From Piedraia hortae CBS 480.64 (lineage: Eukaryota): DNA of 64,000 bases. Below, in pieces: positions 1 through 10,264 of the stretch. Position numbers and translations under genes: made by a program. Below the pieces are notes generated by a model. The model was not told the origin of the DNA. It saw only the letters and a list, made by a program, of their open reading frames with translations, and did no database searches. The stretch covers positions 310,001 through 374,000 of the forward strand of contig MU005962.1 in the NCBI GenBank assembly GCA_010093745.1, read 5' to 3'. Each line of letters starts with the position of its first letter. The stretch's first letter is position 1.

Positions 1-2
1 AC

Positions 3-71
3 ATTGACAGGCTGATTGAAAAGGACTACATGGAGAGGGCTGACGGGAACATGTACACGTACCTGGCATAA
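3..71 (+). CDS. CUL4: Cullin C-terminus (winged-helix end), most likely cullin-4; gene starts upstream of the window
   Basis: Frame from nt 3 reads IDRLIEKDYMERADGNMYTYLA-stop (TAA 69-71), the cullin terminal motif. D-Y-M-E-R fits Cul4 better than Cul1/Cul3 (E-Y-L-E-R). Only 22 aa are visible. Confidence 0.75.
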   Translation: MDRLIEKDYMERADGNMYTYLA

Positions 72-218
72 ATAGCCCGAATGATGACGGCAAGTGAATA
101 GAATTTATACAAATCGACCTTGATAAGCCGTCGTCCTAGATTGACATGTGTCAAAAACTGCGATAACGGTTGGTCTGTGTAAAACGTCATTCGATGCAGG
201 GTCTCAACGGCTCCATCC

Positions 219-269
219 GATACGCGTCGTCCGTCACGACGCGTATCTGTGAACGCGTCTTGGTCGCGT
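219..269. promoter_or_regulatory. MCB (MluI cell-cycle box) cluster upstream of CDT2
   Basis: ACGCGT at 222-227, 239-244 and 253-258, plus TCGCGT at 264-269, 28-75 nt before ATG 297. Confidence 0.75.
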
Positions 270-296
270 TCATTAAAATTTACCTCCCAATATCCA

Positions 297-589
297 ATGG
301 ACAACCCCCCATCCAGTCCTTCGCATATTGAGCAGACATCAAGCCAGTTATTCAGTGACAACTTTTCTTCGTCATCGCAAAGCGAGATTAAAAGTCCGAG
401 CAGGAATAGCGTCGAGCAGACGATCAACATCAAACCTAAGGTGAACCCGAGCATCACACCCAAGCGGTTCTCTCGCTTCTTCAGTCCAAGATCCACCAAG
501 CCCCGTCAAGATGGTCGGGACAGCAAAGCGGCAAGGCTGCTGCGGGACATCACCAAAGCAGCTATGAATAGACAGGATGAAGTCCAGGC

Positions 590-642
<53 letters not shown>

Positions 643-2129
643 CGGACGATCGGCCGATAAAGCGATTAAAACTATTGAACTCTGCGCGACAAAGTGGAGA
701 GGAGTCTATCAATTGTGACGACCAGACAGATCTAGATCTTACAGTTGAGCAAGAGGCACCCCAGGTATTCCCCAAACCAGTTCGACGTCTTGGACAGTTT
801 GGATCAGCACAGCGGATATTACAGCGCGAATTTGGAGGCTACGACGGCGTCTCCCGTGGCTACAGAAGCGATCACTGTGTTGATTGGCAAGCAACTACAG
901 CCAATTTTGTGTCAAAGCCGTCTGACGTACACTGGTTCGGCGACGCAGGTCTGCCATTCGTGGTGAAGTGTTGCAGGACGAACTCGCTGGTAGCGACGGG
1001 TGATGAAGATGGGGACGTCCGGCTATTCGATTCCTCTGCATCTCTTGATTTTTCAACCACATACTTGAGTTTCATGCCTCACAAAAGCGCCATTATGGAC
1101 ATTGATTTCAGCTCTGATGACTATCGTCTCGCAACAGCCAGCGGATTCCACCCAACGATCATCGACATGCGGTCGCAGAAGCCTTTTGCCACTCTAGCAG
1201 GCCATGTGAATACTGTGAAGCGGATCCGCTTCCACCCTCTGTCTGATGATATTGTCCTGACCAGCAGTCGAGACGGAACCGTCCAACAGTGGGATTTGAG
1301 ATGTAGCGATCAAAGATCCGTAGTGCAGCTTGGAAACAGAACAACGTACAGCCAGAACCGCATAGATATCGGCCATCTAATGCCGTGGAGGAGACCAAGA
1401 GGAGGCATCTCCGCCACTGCCATACAACAGCTGACCAATGGCCGAGAGCACATGCTGCTGTCATGTACCGACGTAGACGCCAGCGTCATGCTATGGGATT
1501 TAAGGTACATCAGAGCTAAGGGAAGCAAGCCACTGACAGTCACTTCCCTGCCCGAGGCCCATTACAGGGCCAGGAATTTTGGCATCAGCAGCATAGTCAT
1601 CTCGGGAGATGGTACCAGGGCATACACGGTGTGCAGAGACGCAACGGTCTACGCCTACAGCACGAACCAGATCCTTGTTGGATCTGACGATCCAAGGAAA
1701 GACACAAGCATCAGCCCGGGTCCCTTGTATGGGCTCCGCAATCCTTCATTTCTTCCGTCATCTTTCTACGCCCGTGCCTCCATGCGTCATGCTGAGGGCA
1801 GCAACGACGAACTTCTTGCCGTCGGCAGCGGCAGGAATTGTGTCGTCTTGTTTCCCACGGATGAGCGGTATTTCACTCAGTCAGCATCCGATGGCAACAC
1901 AAAGATCTACACTCTTGGCACGCCGCTCGTGGGCGGCCACTCTAACGAAGTTACGGCCGTGGATTGGACATCTGACGGCGATTTGGTCACGGTGTCGGAC
2001 GACTATACCGCAAGGTGTTGGAGACAGAACGGTTCGCTTGCGCACGAGATGAGGAACAGCGGGGAAGGACAGAGGTGGAAGTATGGATGGGCACAGGTAG
2101 ACGAGAAGTGGGACTGCGATGAAGGTTAA
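297..2129 (+). CDS. CDT2: WD40 protein Cdt2/DTL, CRL4 substrate receptor
   Basis: First ATG at 297. PSITPKRF.RFF N-terminal motif, WD40 repeats (GDEDGDVRLFD, AIMDIDFSSDD, VQQWDLR, VMLWDLR) and SDDYTARCWR near the end. Confidence 0.85.
591..641 (+). repeat. (GAT)17 microsatellite encoding poly-Asp in CDT2
   Basis: 17 perfect GAT units in frame. Confidence 0.95.
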
Positions 2130-2155
2130 TTATGAATTAGGAAGGTACGCAATGT

Positions 2156-3217
2156 TTAATCGACTGTTCGTTTTATTTTCGGTTCTCTGATCCTCCCCCT
2201 CATCCAGGCTGGCACAAAAGCCTTCACGCCCACTTCCGTCCCGTCAGCCAAGGTAACTGTGAATCTGTCTTCTGGTGAGAACGGGCTTCCCTCGCCCGAA
2301 ACGGCCAAGTCGGTCATTTGCTCCACTCGACACATTGCCAAGCCCACATTGCCTATGCTAGCCACGAGCTTCCCCGTAGACCGTTTCCGCTTGTCTTGAC
2401 GACGGATATCCGCATTCTGTTCGTCCACTGTAGGGCCACTGGGGTCATATTCCAGTGTGTCTGGCGGAGTATCGGGGTACAACGCAACCGGAAGTATCCT
2501 CTTCCTTACAACACCCGTATGGTGAGTTCGAATCGTAAGCTCTTGGCCCATATAACATCCCTTCTTGAAGTCTATGCCGCCCATAATATCAATATTGCAG
2601 TTCATCGGTAGACTCTCCTCCCTCGGGATCTCGACCTGCCCCTCGGGCACACCACGCAGATACCTTCTAATCATATACGCCGAGTCCGGCGCCTCCTGCA
2701 ACCCTCCCTCCTCAGGCATCGTCCCACCCGGAAGCAAAACCCTCTGTCCCATGCCAGGAGCACGACAATCCGTCAACCCCAACCCTCCCGTCATCCCCTT
2801 CGTATGCGCCGTCCACCGCCCCACCCCATCCCTCCACAAATTCCACACATTCAACTCTCCCTCCTCCAAAACCCGTATCCCAAACTTTGCGCGAAGCTTA
2901 TGTTTCTTCAAATGTCTCATGAACTGGTCAGTATACCCCCCATCAACCTCAATCATATACCCCGCCTCCCCACCCTGCTCCCACTTGGTGCCGAGTGTAG
3001 GGTAGACGAACACGTCATGGAGTACCCTCCCCGATGCGGTTAGGAATGCGGAGTACACCCCCGCTCGTGAGTGGGGCTGGATGGTGTTCGTTAGGATGCC
3101 CTGGAGGAAGCGCGGGCTGTCGTGCCCTGAAATGGAAATGAGGCGGCGCGTGCGGAGGTGAGTGAAACCTGAGGGGGGAGGGGCTGCTGCTGTGCGGATG
3201 TTGGGTTTTGGGGGCAT
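2156..3217 (-). CDS. IBA57: Mitochondrial Fe-S maturation factor Iba57/Caf17 (YgfZ/GcvT family)
   Basis: FLQGILTN and the YgfZ signature KGCYMGQELTIRTHHTG. Confidence 0.92.
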   Translation of the reverse strand: MPPKPNIRTAAAPPPSGFTHLRTRRLISISGHDSPRFLQGILTNTIQPHSRAGVYSAFLTASGRVLHDVFVYPTLGTKWEQGGEAGYMIEVDGGYTDQFMRHLKKHKLRAKFGIRVLEEGELNVWNLWRDGVGRWTAHTKGMTGGLGLTDCRAPGMGQRVLLPGGTMPEEGGLQEAPDSAYMIRRYLRGVPEGQVEIPREESLPMNCNIDIMGGIDFKKGCYMGQELTIRTHHTGVVRKRILPVALYPDTPPDTLEYDPSGPTVDEQNADIRRQDKRKRSTGKLVASIGNVGLAMCRVEQMTDLAVSGEGSPFSPEDRFTVTLADGTEVGVKAFVPAWMRGRIREPKIKRTVD

Positions 3218-3277
3218 TGTTGGTGCGGCGGATGTTGGGGGGTGGGGAAGTTATACGACGGGGTGAGGGTATCTTAA

Positions 3278-4252
3278 CTATGTAGCTGGTTTACACTCTT
3301 CTATGTTTCTTTTCTCTTTCTCTTCCATGCGCTTCTTCTGTGCGTGTTTCATGCGGATTAGGATTGACTCGGTGCGGGTTTTGAGGTCAGCTGGGGCGTT
3401 AGTGGATTTGGGAGGGTCTTTGATCTGACTCTGCTTGAGTTTGGAAATGTATTCTGGCTCCTTCCCGTCCGCCCATCGTACATTTTCAAATAGTTTCCAT
3501 GTCGCCGCATCTTCGGCTTGTAGCCGGCCAATGTCTGATATCGCGGCGTGTGCGCCGACGATGCTTTCATACTCTAGAACAACTGATGTGTATTCCCGCC
3601 GCTTCTTTTCCCCGTTGACTTTGACCTTTTTGTCCCTGACCACCACCTCCGCGATCGGACCGAACCGTTCACAGAGGGATAGTACCTCTTTCTGGCTGAG
3701 GGAATCTTTCGGGTATTGGAAAGCGATCGATCTGTCTGCTTCCTGTGGTATTTGAGTCTGTGTCTGAGGCTTATTGGCTTCCATCTTTTGCGCCTGGGCC
3801 TCTTTTCTCCGCTTCTCGGCATACTCCTGCTTCCTCCGCCGCGACATGTTCTGAATTTCCCTAAGCTTCATATCAAATTCTGCTTCCGCCTGCGCCTCCT
3901 CCCTCTTCCTCTTCAATCCCGCCCTTTCCCTCCTTTCCAAATCCTCCTTTAACCGCTTCCTATGCTCATCGAATTCATCCTCGCGCCGCTTCTTCTCGCT
4001 GCGCGCACGCCGCGCATTATCATGCAAGTCACGAAGATGCGCATCGCTTAAAATTTCCAGCGCAACCTGGAGCCGGTGGAAGCGCTTCCGCGCGACTTCG
4101 TCGTTGCCGACTTTATCCGGATGGCATTTGAGAGCCGCTTTGCGCCAGCTTCGTCGGATGTCGCTGTCGGATGCATTGATAGGAACTCCAATAAGCTCAT
4201 AGAAATCTTCCGGTGGGTTCAGCGCCTGCGATTTCAGATCTTCTGCCGCCAT
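3278..4252 (-). CDS. CWC23: J-domain plus RRM-like splicing factor (Cwc23/Cwf23/DNAJC17)
   Basis: N-terminal J domain with HPD (KCHPDKV), charged coiled coil (LKEDLERRE) and a degenerate RRM. Likely start MAAEDL at 4252. Confidence 0.8.
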   Translation of the reverse strand: MAAEDLKSQALNPPEDFYELIGVPINASDSDIRRSWRKAALKCHPDKVGNDEVARKRFHRLQVALEILSDAHLRDLHDNARRARSEKKRREDEFDEHRKRLKEDLERRERAGLKRKREEAQAEAEFDMKLREIQNMSRRRKQEYAEKRRKEAQAQKMEANKPQTQTQIPQEADRSIAFQYPKDSLSQKEVLSLCERFGPIAEVVVRDKKVKVNGEKKRREYTSVVLEYESIVGAHAAISDIGRLQAEDAATWKLFENVRWADGKEPEYISKLKQSQIKDPPKSTNAPADLKTRTESILIRMKHAQKKRMEEKEKRNIEECKPAT

Positions 4253-4441
4253 TGTTCGCCGAAACCTCCGACAGTATGATTGTTGAGGGTGACACGTCGC
4301 GCTAGGCCCGAAACGGTATATGTTTCTATTCATAGAGATGCACACGAGTCATGCGTACAAGGGCTGGAAGCTGATACACACGCTAGCTGTTTGCTAACCG
4401 TAACCGACTTCACTCGACCTTTGAATCACCCGCAATGAACG

Positions 4442-6823
4442 ATGCTGAAGGCGATCAAAGCATCCAAGGACATTATGAACCTGTCTGATTGGCTCGACGA
4501 TCTCAGCGTGCGCTTTATTGTCAACCTGCCGCCAGCGGAGCTGTCACATGTGCCGCGTATTTGCTTTCAGGTAGAGGAGGCTCATTGGTTCTACGAGGAC
4601 TTTATCCGTCCTGCTGCCGCCGCGGCTGGAGACCCGCTGCCGGGCCTCAATCTCAAAACTTTTTGTCTAAAGCTTTTTCAGCACTGTCCCATCCTCAGCG
4701 GCTACTCTGACGCTCAGCATGTCAAGGCTTACGAGGAGTTTCTAGCCTACAAAGTTCGCGTTCCCGTGCGTGGTGCTATCCTGTTGGATGAGAAGCTTGA
4801 GAATGTGGTTCTTGTTAAGGGAATGAAAAAAAATGCCGCTTGGAGCTTCCCGCGTGGGAAAATTAACCACAATGAAGACGACTTGGACTGTGCAATTCGA
4901 GAGGTGTTTGAGGAGACTGGTTTGCACTTGCGAGAAGCCGGTTTGGTGTCAAAGGATGGGGACAAGAGCGTGAGAAGCTTTGATGCGGTTATGCGTGAGC
5001 AGAATGTGCGCCTGTTTGTTTTCCATGGGGTCCCGTTGGACTTTGGATTCGAGCCTCAGACTCGCGGTGAAATTAGCAAAATTGCTTGGTTTCCTCTTAC
5101 CGAGCTGCCGGGCTTCAAAAAGCGGAAGAAGCAGCAAGCGGTTGAGCAGACGGGCAAGTTTTATATGGTTGCTCCGTTCTTGGGACCTCTGAAACGCTGG
5201 ATCAACCAGCAGAAGAAGGTCCAGGACCCGGGCATGGAATCGGCCGTGGAAACTGATGTCAACATGCCTGAGCCGGTCAGCGTGGTGGACCAGACAGAGG
5301 CGTTGAAGAACTTGTTGGGTCTGGGCACTGCCGAGCCAGAGCCTCCACAGGGCGGCGTCAGTCTGCTGTCGTTGTTACAGGGCGAGGCACCTCCACGGCA
5401 GCCACAACAGGTTCCACAGACTGCGCTGTCACAACCTCAATTCCTTCTCCCTCAACCGTCATCCGTCTTATCCCAGTCGCAGCAGACGTTGCTTAATGCC
5501 TTTGGCATTCAAGGACAAGGTGCCATTGGAGCATCTGCCGTTCCCGAGGCCAAAAGTTTGCCCATGCCAAGACTGAGTCAACAGTCGCTGAACCTGCTAA
5601 ACGTTTTCAAGGGCGGCGAGCCCTCAAAACCTCAGCCTTCGGCTCCAGTTCCCGTGAAGCAGAAGAGTCCGCATCAGAATGCCTTGTTGAGTTTGCTTCA
5701 GCAACCCTCTGATCAGGCGGAAAGCCAAGAACAAACGCCAAAGGCTCTTGTCCCAGAGGAGACAACATCCCAACAGAGTGCTTTGTTAGCCTTGCTGAAT
5801 CCCGGATCGGCTTCTTCTCCGGCGCAGGAAGCTGCTAAGCAGGCCAAACCCACTCCCAAGGTCGATGTGCACAGCGCTACAATGCATTCGGCTGATGAAG
5901 ATACCGAAGAGCAAGAATCTGAACCTATTACTGAGAAGGCGAATGAGAAGAGTGCTCCGAAAGCGAACAGTCAGCCGGTGGATGCTCTCCTTGGCTTGAT
6001 AAAAGAGGCGCAAAGTCCAGCCGACATTAGCACTTACCAGCCACCGTTGAACCCAAATCGGGGACAGGCAGGCGCCTTCAATGGATCACCCAAGCGACAG
6101 GCTGCCACACTGCCACGCAACGTTCGTAACAAACAGAGAGCCATTCTCCAGCCAAAATCACGTTCTATATCGCAGCAGGCCAAGCCGCAGCAGCAACAGC
6201 AACAGCAGCAGCCTCAGCCTCAGCCGCAATTCACCATCCTTCCTCGCCCGGGGTCTTCGAACGCCGAAAAGGCAGCGGCTCGGTTTCTGGTTTCAAACAG
6301 AAGACCCGAGTCGGTTGAGCCAAGCACCGTTCAAAAGGTGGCAGCAATAGCCGAAGCCACTACATCTCCGAATGATGATAAAAGGGAACATCTCCTCTCC
6401 CTTTTCCACAAGCAACCAGCTGAAGGCCCCAGCAAAACTTCCCCCATTCGCACAGTCCCAGCAACACCGCGTATTCTCCCCGAACGCGGTTCCAGCCGCC
6501 AATCCAACCTGCCCAAGCCACAGAATCTTCTTCTGAACAAGCCCACAGCAACGCTACCAGTGGAAAGCTGCCCTGGTACTCCCATATCTCCACTAGCCCT
6601 TAGCCGTGCCGGTACTCCCCGACAGCCGCGATTCCCGCTCAATGATGGAGCTGGCCTTGCCCTCCAGGCATTCGGCTTGCCCGAACGCGAGCGAACCCGC
6701 AGCCGGCTCGACAGCGTCACCCTATCCGCTGATCTGACGCCCACTTCACGAAAGCCATCCACAGCCGAGTCCAAGGGAGTTTTGCTTGAATTTTTAAACG
6801 AAGTCGCCAAAGAAAAGAAGTAA
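4442..6823 (+). CDS. DCP2: mRNA decapping enzyme catalytic subunit
   Basis: Box A (WLDDLSVRFIVNLP, FQVEEAHWFYEDF), Nudix box (GKINHNEDDLDCAIREVFEETG) and a long disordered tail with LLxLL helical motifs. Start is 4442 or 4475. Confidence 0.95.
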   Translation: MLKAIKASKDIMNLSDWLDDLSVRFIVNLPPAELSHVPRICFQVEEAHWFYEDFIRPAAAAAGDPLPGLNLKTFCLKLFQHCPILSGYSDAQHVKAYEEFLAYKVRVPVRGAILLDEKLENVVLVKGMKKNAAWSFPRGKINHNEDDLDCAIREVFEETGLHLREAGLVSKDGDKSVRSFDAVMREQNVRLFVFHGVPLDFGFEPQTRGEISKIAWFPLTELPGFKKRKKQQAVEQTGKFYMVAPFLGPLKRWINQQKKVQDPGMESAVETDVNMPEPVSVVDQTEALKNLLGLGTAEPEPPQGGVSLLSLLQGEAPPRQPQQVPQTALSQPQFLLPQPSSVLSQSQQTLLNAFGIQGQGAIGASAVPEAKSLPMPRLSQQSLNLLNVFKGGEPSKPQPSAPVPVKQKSPHQNALLSLLQQPSDQAESQEQTPKALVPEETTSQQSALLALLNPGSASSPAQEAAKQAKPTPKVDVHSATMHSADEDTEEQESEPITEKANEKSAPKANSQPVDALLGLIKEAQSPADISTYQPPLNPNRGQAGAFNGSPKRQAATLPRNVRNKQRAILQPKSRSISQQAKPQQQQQQQQPQPQPQFTILPRPGSSNAEKAAARFLVSNRRPESVEPSTVQKVAAIAEATTSPNDDKREHLLSLFHKQPAEGPSKTSPIRTVPATPRILPERGSSRQSNLPKPQNLLLNKPTATLPVESCPGTPISPLALSRAGTPRQPRFPLNDGAGLALQAFGLPERERTRSRLDSVTLSADLTPTSRKPSTAESKGVLLEFLNEVAKEKK

Positions 6824-6901
6824 TGGACATCACTGCGTATAAGTACAGCTGTATCCATGACTACAAATGCGTTTACAATTCCCACAGTAAAAGTAAAAAA
6901 A

Positions 6902-9900
6902 TCATCTCACCCTTGCAGTGGCATCGTTTCTCCGTCCCATTATAGTCGGCGTCCAAGGCCGTTGTTTAAACGGAAGAGACTTCTTCCAACTAGAATAATC
7001 AAACGGCATCTCAACCGGGACGAGGTTCAGATCGTGGGTATACCTCTCCAACGTCTGGATCTTCTTCCGCGGCGTGCCACTGCTCTTTCGAGCGGGAGAG
7101 GGATGTTTCACACGTACCAGCTTCATAACCTCGTCGAGCTCTTTCGTCTCCGTCGCGAGCTGAGCGCGGAGGTACAACCTCGCGTTTGGGAGCGAAGCAT
7201 CCATCCCCTCCATCACCGGCTCGCGAGGGGTGTAGGTATACTTTCCCGGGGTGGGAGGATCAATCGGTTTTACCGAAGTCTTAAGCTGTGCCTTCTCCCC
7301 CAGGGCCAGAAGCTGGGTAATATCCAGCGACTCCCCCGGTGGAATCTTACGAGGATGACTAGGCGTCACGCAATCCATATCCACCTCCTTCCTCAACACA
7401 TGGTCGATATCCACAGCAGAGAAATACGCACAACTCTGCGGAAGGTCGTCGATTCCCATCTGCTGACTGAACATTGCGCGGGTCCAGATATTGGACACTT
7501 GCAGCGCCATCGCACAGCGATATTGGTCTCGTTTGAGGGATAAATAGCGAATCTCGTCGTGGACGGTCAGCGCTAAGCGCGCGTTGATGTTGTATCGTCG
7601 ACAGAGATATTCCATGCTGATGATTAGGAGGTGGAGGTAATCTACCCCCGAGGATTGGATTGCCCAGTTCACGCGGCTGGTCAGAAACTGGGATTTGCCG
7701 ATGAAGCGCCGCATCAAGGCTTCGGTTATGCCTGCGCCTAGGACGGGTGTTCGGGGCTTTTCTTGCTCGGCGAAGTCTTCGAGTTTGTTGAAGACGAGGC
7801 TTTCCGCCCCGCCGCGCCAGAAGCGGCGCTCGTGGAGCGCTTTTCGTACGGTGCGATCGCCTTTGGTTTCGGCGTATAGTTTTCGTGCGATTTCGCCTGT
7901 TTCAGCTTCGCTGAGGTTCGGGTTGAAGCGGCGGAGGAGGGACTTGGCGAATTCCACGCCGGCGCCGTAGATGCGGCCGTAGTTGAAGACTTTGGCGTCG
8001 TTGCGGGAGATGCCAAGGATTTTGGCTGTCTTGGAGTGAAGATCCGTTCCTGCTGATTTGGTCCCTTCGAGCGTCATGAAGCCCAACGCGCCTCCGCCGT
8101 GTAAGCGGAAACTGGCGTCGCCCACCAAAGATGCTATCCACAGCTCTTGGCTGTCGACGTCTGCCCCGACGAAGACGTAGCCGTCTGGTGCCTTGATCAT
8201 GCTCTTCAGCTCTGATCCCACCCTGTTCTTTTTAGCGTTGGACGCCGTCAGCCATGTGTTCTCCACAGCCCGCCGTGTTATGGTCCCCATGGAAATGATC
8301 TGCGGCAGGATGAAGCCCCGATCGCTGCCCTTTTCATAGACGACCATCTGCTTCATTATGCGGTCCCTCGCGCTTATCCAATACGAACAGCTCGAGTTCA
8401 TGTCCAGCGCCTCTTTGGCATAAGTGTACTCGGATGACAGCGTCCCGTTTTCCGAATACTGCAGATAGCCCTTGGCAATCGGAGACGTGCACCGAGCAGA
8501 TGCACCACTGCTATGTGGCAGCTTAAAGTAGACATGGGCAGTGTCATCTCGGAGGCTAAGATTCACTTCCTCCAGCATATCACATTCCGTCATGGCCGCT
8601 TGTCGGTATGCTTGGGCCTCGCCCTGTGTGACTTTGAATGTCCATCCAAACTTATCAGACCACACGAGCGGATGTCCGTCCCACGCCATACGCAGAAGAA
8701 GAGGTGCGATTCGTGTCCGCACCGTTAGGCCGATTGGCGCGTCTTTCTTTGGGAACAGGTCTCGGTACCAATTGGGCATCCCAGGGAGCTTTTGCCGTGC
8801 AGCTGGCCGTGGCGGGTCGCCCTTCTTCTTCCCCTTGACCATGCGAACCTCCTGGCCTCCCCAGTCCAGCTGCTTAAGCCACGCATCGTTTTCGTAAATT
8901 TCCGGTTGGTCTTTGACCTTCAACGCCTTCTCTGCGAGTTCGATAAGCCGCTCCCGAACAGCAGAAGACAGTCGCTGGTAGGTTGACTCCGCGCTCTGGA
9001 TGTAGTCCTCCCATGACTTGTCGACGGGCAGAATTTCTGAGCCCAGATGCCTCAGCGCCGCAAAGGACACTGGATGCGGACAGGTTTCCAAGAAGAGCGG
9101 AAAGACCTTCTTGTAAACCATATGAGTAACCTCGACGTCGGCAGCGCAATAATCCAGCAGCTCGTCCAGGCGTCCAAGGACTCCTTCGCGGTCCAGTTCC
9201 CCGAACCACTCCCGCCTCTCCTTGTCCATGTTAATGTTGCAGTGAAACATGGCCACGTCCCGCAGGCTATTGGCAGACGATCGTCCGACCCACAACTCCT
9301 CCTCTTCCTCCACCATCAGGCCCTGTCCGGTCAGCAAAGCGGCCAAGTCCCCGCCATCGTCTGCCTGCGCGATTTTGTCTCTGGCCTCGCGGTCCTTTCG
9401 TGCCTTGATCCAGCTCGGCCTTTGCCGGCTGCACATACCGTTGACAGCCACATGGAGGCTCATCGTGTCTACAAAAAAGTTCCGCGACTGACGCAAATCG
9501 TATTCCTCTGCCAACCTCGCGCGGTCGTAGCCAACATTGTGGCCCACAACAATCCTCTCCCTCTGTGCGTCGCCCAGAGGCACCATTTGCGCCTCATCTG
9601 CAGTCTCGCCCAGTAGCCACGGGGATAACCAAGCGTACCAGTGGCTATCAGAGACGGCGCAGGCCATGGCGGCGTAGTTGTGCTGCCGCCACATCACCTC
9701 GGTGTCAAACGTCAGCACGTCCTCCTGGGGCGCATCGACGGCCTCCCACGAGCCGTCTGCGTGATACTTTGTCCAGCCGCTTCGTCTTTGCCACCTTCTC
9801 GGCTTTGGCGGAGGAGATGCGCGCGCATACCTCAGAGCCATCGTTCGGTACGGCTCGGCACTGTCCATTCCCAGCTTATAGAAGTGCTCGTCCAGCGTGA

Positions 9901-10264
9901 CTCCATGCAGAGCGGGGAGATCGAAGCCTATGGCTTCTGAAGAGTCGTTTGTCTTGCCTAGAAGATCGTGGTCGGCGAGATGGCGCTTAGAAAGGTCAAT
10001 GAGTTCCTGATCGGGCTCCTGACTGCGTCTCGCGCCGCCAAACAGCTGCTTGTGTACGTGTTCCGATACATGCTGCACTCCGATTGCGTTGAACCGTGCT
10101 TCTGATGCCACAGATAGATCTCTCTTTCTTCCCGTCTTGCCCTTGGATTTTGTGTAAACGGTGCATCTTCTCTCCAGTGGTCGCAGTCGTAAAAGTGACG
10201 TCAGCTGGCTGCGCTCTTGTGTGCTGATCAGCTGTTGTATTCTGCCACGCGATCGCATCGTCAT
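6902..10264 (-). CDS. MIP1: Mitochondrial DNA polymerase gamma
   Basis: Exonuclease motifs FDTE, VGHNVGYDRAR and YCAAD. Pol A motifs VGADVDSQELWIA, AKVFNYGRIYGAG and VHDEIR. Confidence 0.97.
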   Translation of the reverse strand: MTMRSRGRIQQLISTQERSQLTSLLRLRPLERRCTVYTKSKGKTGRKRDLSVASEARFNAIGVQHVSEHVHKQLFGGARRSQEPDQELIDLSKRHLADHDLLGKTNDSSEAIGFDLPALHGVTLDEHFYKLGMDSAEPYRTMALRYARASPPPKPRRWQRRSGWTKYHADGSWEAVDAPQEDVLTFDTEVMWRQHNYAAMACAVSDSHWYAWLSPWLLGETADEAQMVPLGDAQRERIVVGHNVGYDRARLAEEYDLRQSRNFFVDTMSLHVAVNGMCSRQRPSWIKARKDREARDKIAQADDGGDLAALLTGQGLMVEEEEELWVGRSSANSLRDVAMFHCNINMDKERREWFGELDREGVLGRLDELLDYCAADVEVTHMVYKKVFPLFLETCPHPVSFAALRHLGSEILPVDKSWEDYIQSAESTYQRLSSAVRERLIELAEKALKVKDQPEIYENDAWLKQLDWGGQEVRMVKGKKKGDPPRPAARQKLPGMPNWYRDLFPKKDAPIGLTVRTRIAPLLLRMAWDGHPLVWSDKFGWTFKVTQGEAQAYRQAAMTECDMLEEVNLSLRDDTAHVYFKLPHSSGASARCTSPIAKGYLQYSENGTLSSEYTYAKEALDMNSSCSYWISARDRIMKQMVVYEKGSDRGFILPQIISMGTITRRAVENTWLTASNAKKNRVGSELKSMIKAPDGYVFVGADVDSQELWIASLVGDASFRLHGGGALGFMTLEGTKSAGTDLHSKTAKILGISRNDAKVFNYGRIYGAGVEFAKSLLRRFNPNLSEAETGEIARKLYAETKGDRTVRKALHERRFWRGGAESLVFNKLEDFAEQEKPRTPVLGAGITEALMRRFIGKSQFLTSRVNWAIQSSGVDYLHLLIISMEYLCRRYNINARLALTVHDEIRYLSLKRDQYRCAMALQVSNIWTRAMFSQQMGIDDLPQSCAYFSAVDIDHVLRKEVDMDCVTPSHPRKIPPGESLDITQLLALGEKAQLKTSVKPIDPPTPGKYTYTPREPVMEGMDASLPNARLYLRAQLATETKELDEVMKLVRVKHPSPARKSSGTPRKKIQTLERYTHDLNLVPVEMPFDYSSWKKSLPFKQRPWTPTIMGRRNDATARVR

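Noticed and set aside
6857..7543. 228-aa ORF antisense to MIP1, and similar antisense ORFs over MVP1, SNF4, PTC1 and EFL1
   Set aside because: They lie opposite well-supported genes and show no recognisable domains.
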